From: Eledone cirrhosa
Taxonomy: Eukaryota
DNA length: 64,000 nucleotides
Direction of reading: 5' to 3'
NCBI GenBank assembly: GCA_964016885.1
Contig: OZ024759.1
Location: 10,478,001-10,542,000, forward strand
This document shows positions 62,770-64,000 of this stretch, piece by piece. The translations under genes and the position numbers were made by a program. Positions within the stretch are counted from its first letter, which is position 1; each line of letters begins with the position of its first letter. The notes beneath the pieces are model-generated. The model saw only the letters and a program-made list of their open reading frames with translations, did no database searches and was not told where the DNA came from.

Positions 62770-63440
62770 TAACAACTGATGCAGGTAGTTTGTTCCATGG
62801 AGGCCTTAAAGGATGCAGTGTCTCGACAGCTAACAACTGATGCAGGTAGTTTGTTCCATGCTTCAGCAACTCTGAGCGTGAAAAAATGTTTCCGAAAGTC
62901 ATGGGAACTGTGCTGTTTTCTGACTTTGTGGGCATGCCCACGTGTGTTAGACACATGGAAATCAAAAAGGTACTCAGGGTTGTTGTTGGCAACATGGTTA
63001 ACAATTTTGTGGGTGTTTACCAAGTCAGTTGCCAGGCGTCGGAGCTTCAATGTATCCATGCCCAGGGAAGCAAGGCGCTCAGAGTATGGTAGATGCCTGA
63101 TGGAGGGTATTCGCTTGGTTGCACGTCTCTGAACAGTTTCCAGGCGGTCAATGTTCTGAGCAAGATAGGGGTTCCAGACTGGTGATGCAAATTCTAAGTG
63201 TGGTCGCACCATAGCCATGTACAGCCTTAAATAGATATCTGGAGAACGGCTGACAAAGGTCTTGCTGAGTGATGCTAAGACACCCTCGGCCCTCTTGACA
63301 ATTTTAGAGACGTGCCTCGTCCAACGCAAATCGCTGCTGACCGTAATGCCCAGGTCACGTTCACAAGAAGACTTCTTGATATTAGTGCTGTGGAGGGAGT
63401 ATGTGGACGCTAGGTTTTTACTACCAAAATGCAAATTTAA
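62770..63440 (-). mobile_element. CR1/L2-like LINE ORF2 C-terminal fragment
   Basis: ERDLGI, LYMAMVRPHLEFASPVWNP, LETVQRRATK and FFTLRVAEAWNKLP. Confidence 0.92.
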
Positions 63441-63661
63441 TGTAGAAATGGCTTTCACAGGACTAGAACTGTTTCATTAGAAGGAAATCCTCATCATCCT
63501 CATATATATATGTATGTATGTGTGTGTGTGTGCATGTGTGTGTGTGCATGCATACACACACTCTTAGAGAAGGTTGCTTGCTCTCTGCCAATTTTTCTGG
63601 TAGACATTTTTTGTTTTTTTTGCTTTCATTTACTCAACAGTGTCTTCGCTTGGCTGAAATT

Positions 63662-64000
63662 TTAATCCTTTAGCATTTAAACCGGTCGTATCTGGCCAGA
63701 ATGCTCTCACCTCTTTCTATTCAAACCAGCTGTAACCATCATACTGATGTTAAGATATTGTTCTCAAAATAAATAATATCAAGAGCTCATAGATTCGGTA
63801 GTATGTGAGATATTATGTGAGGTAAAGCCTTTACTGTGACAATACAATAGTATATATAGAGTAATGTATATGTTATGTGAGATATTATGTGAGGTAAAGC
63901 CTTTACTGTGACAATACAATAGTATATATAGAGTAATCTAAATGTTATGTGAGATATTATGTGAGGTAAAGTCTTTACTGTGACAATACAATAGTATATA
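63662..64000. mobile_element. TTAA (piggyBac-like) MITE with an internal ~72-bp tandem repeat, running off the window
   Basis: TTAATCCTTTAGCATTTAAACCGG start as at 41989; repeated TGTGAGATATTATGTGAGGTAAAG block. Confidence 0.55.

Overview
Repeat-dominated, AT-rich animal genomic DNA, most likely an octopus or other coleoid cephalopod. That assignment is inferred from the tRNA-SINE families, RTE LINEs with (ATG)n tails and abundant TA/CA microsatellites. The only host gene is the 3' end of the OTU deubiquitinase ZRANB1/TRABID: three + strand exons at 1588-1713, 3815-4044 and 7346-7582. The rest is decayed mobile DNA (RTE, CR1/L2-like, CRE-like and Penelope-like retroelements, two tRNA-SINE families, maT and mariner transposons, a Gypsy remnant, a solo LTR, MITEs) plus many minisatellites, several built from LINE sequence. 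The standout structure is a non-coding giant palindrome at about 19.5-29.3 kb. It has two arms of about 3.7 kb each after removing arm-specific insertions, a 1-nt spacer at 23444, a GC-rich core with five evenly spaced symmetry axes, and outer ends that run into a ~52-bp satellite. A second, more diverged member of the same family lies at about 34.3-39.7 kb, so it behaves as a dispersed foldback/hairpin-type element. Five Penelope-type minimal hammerhead ribozyme motifs of four sequence types were also read by eye. All alignments were done by eye, and repeat boundaries are approximate unless a TSD or TIR is cited.
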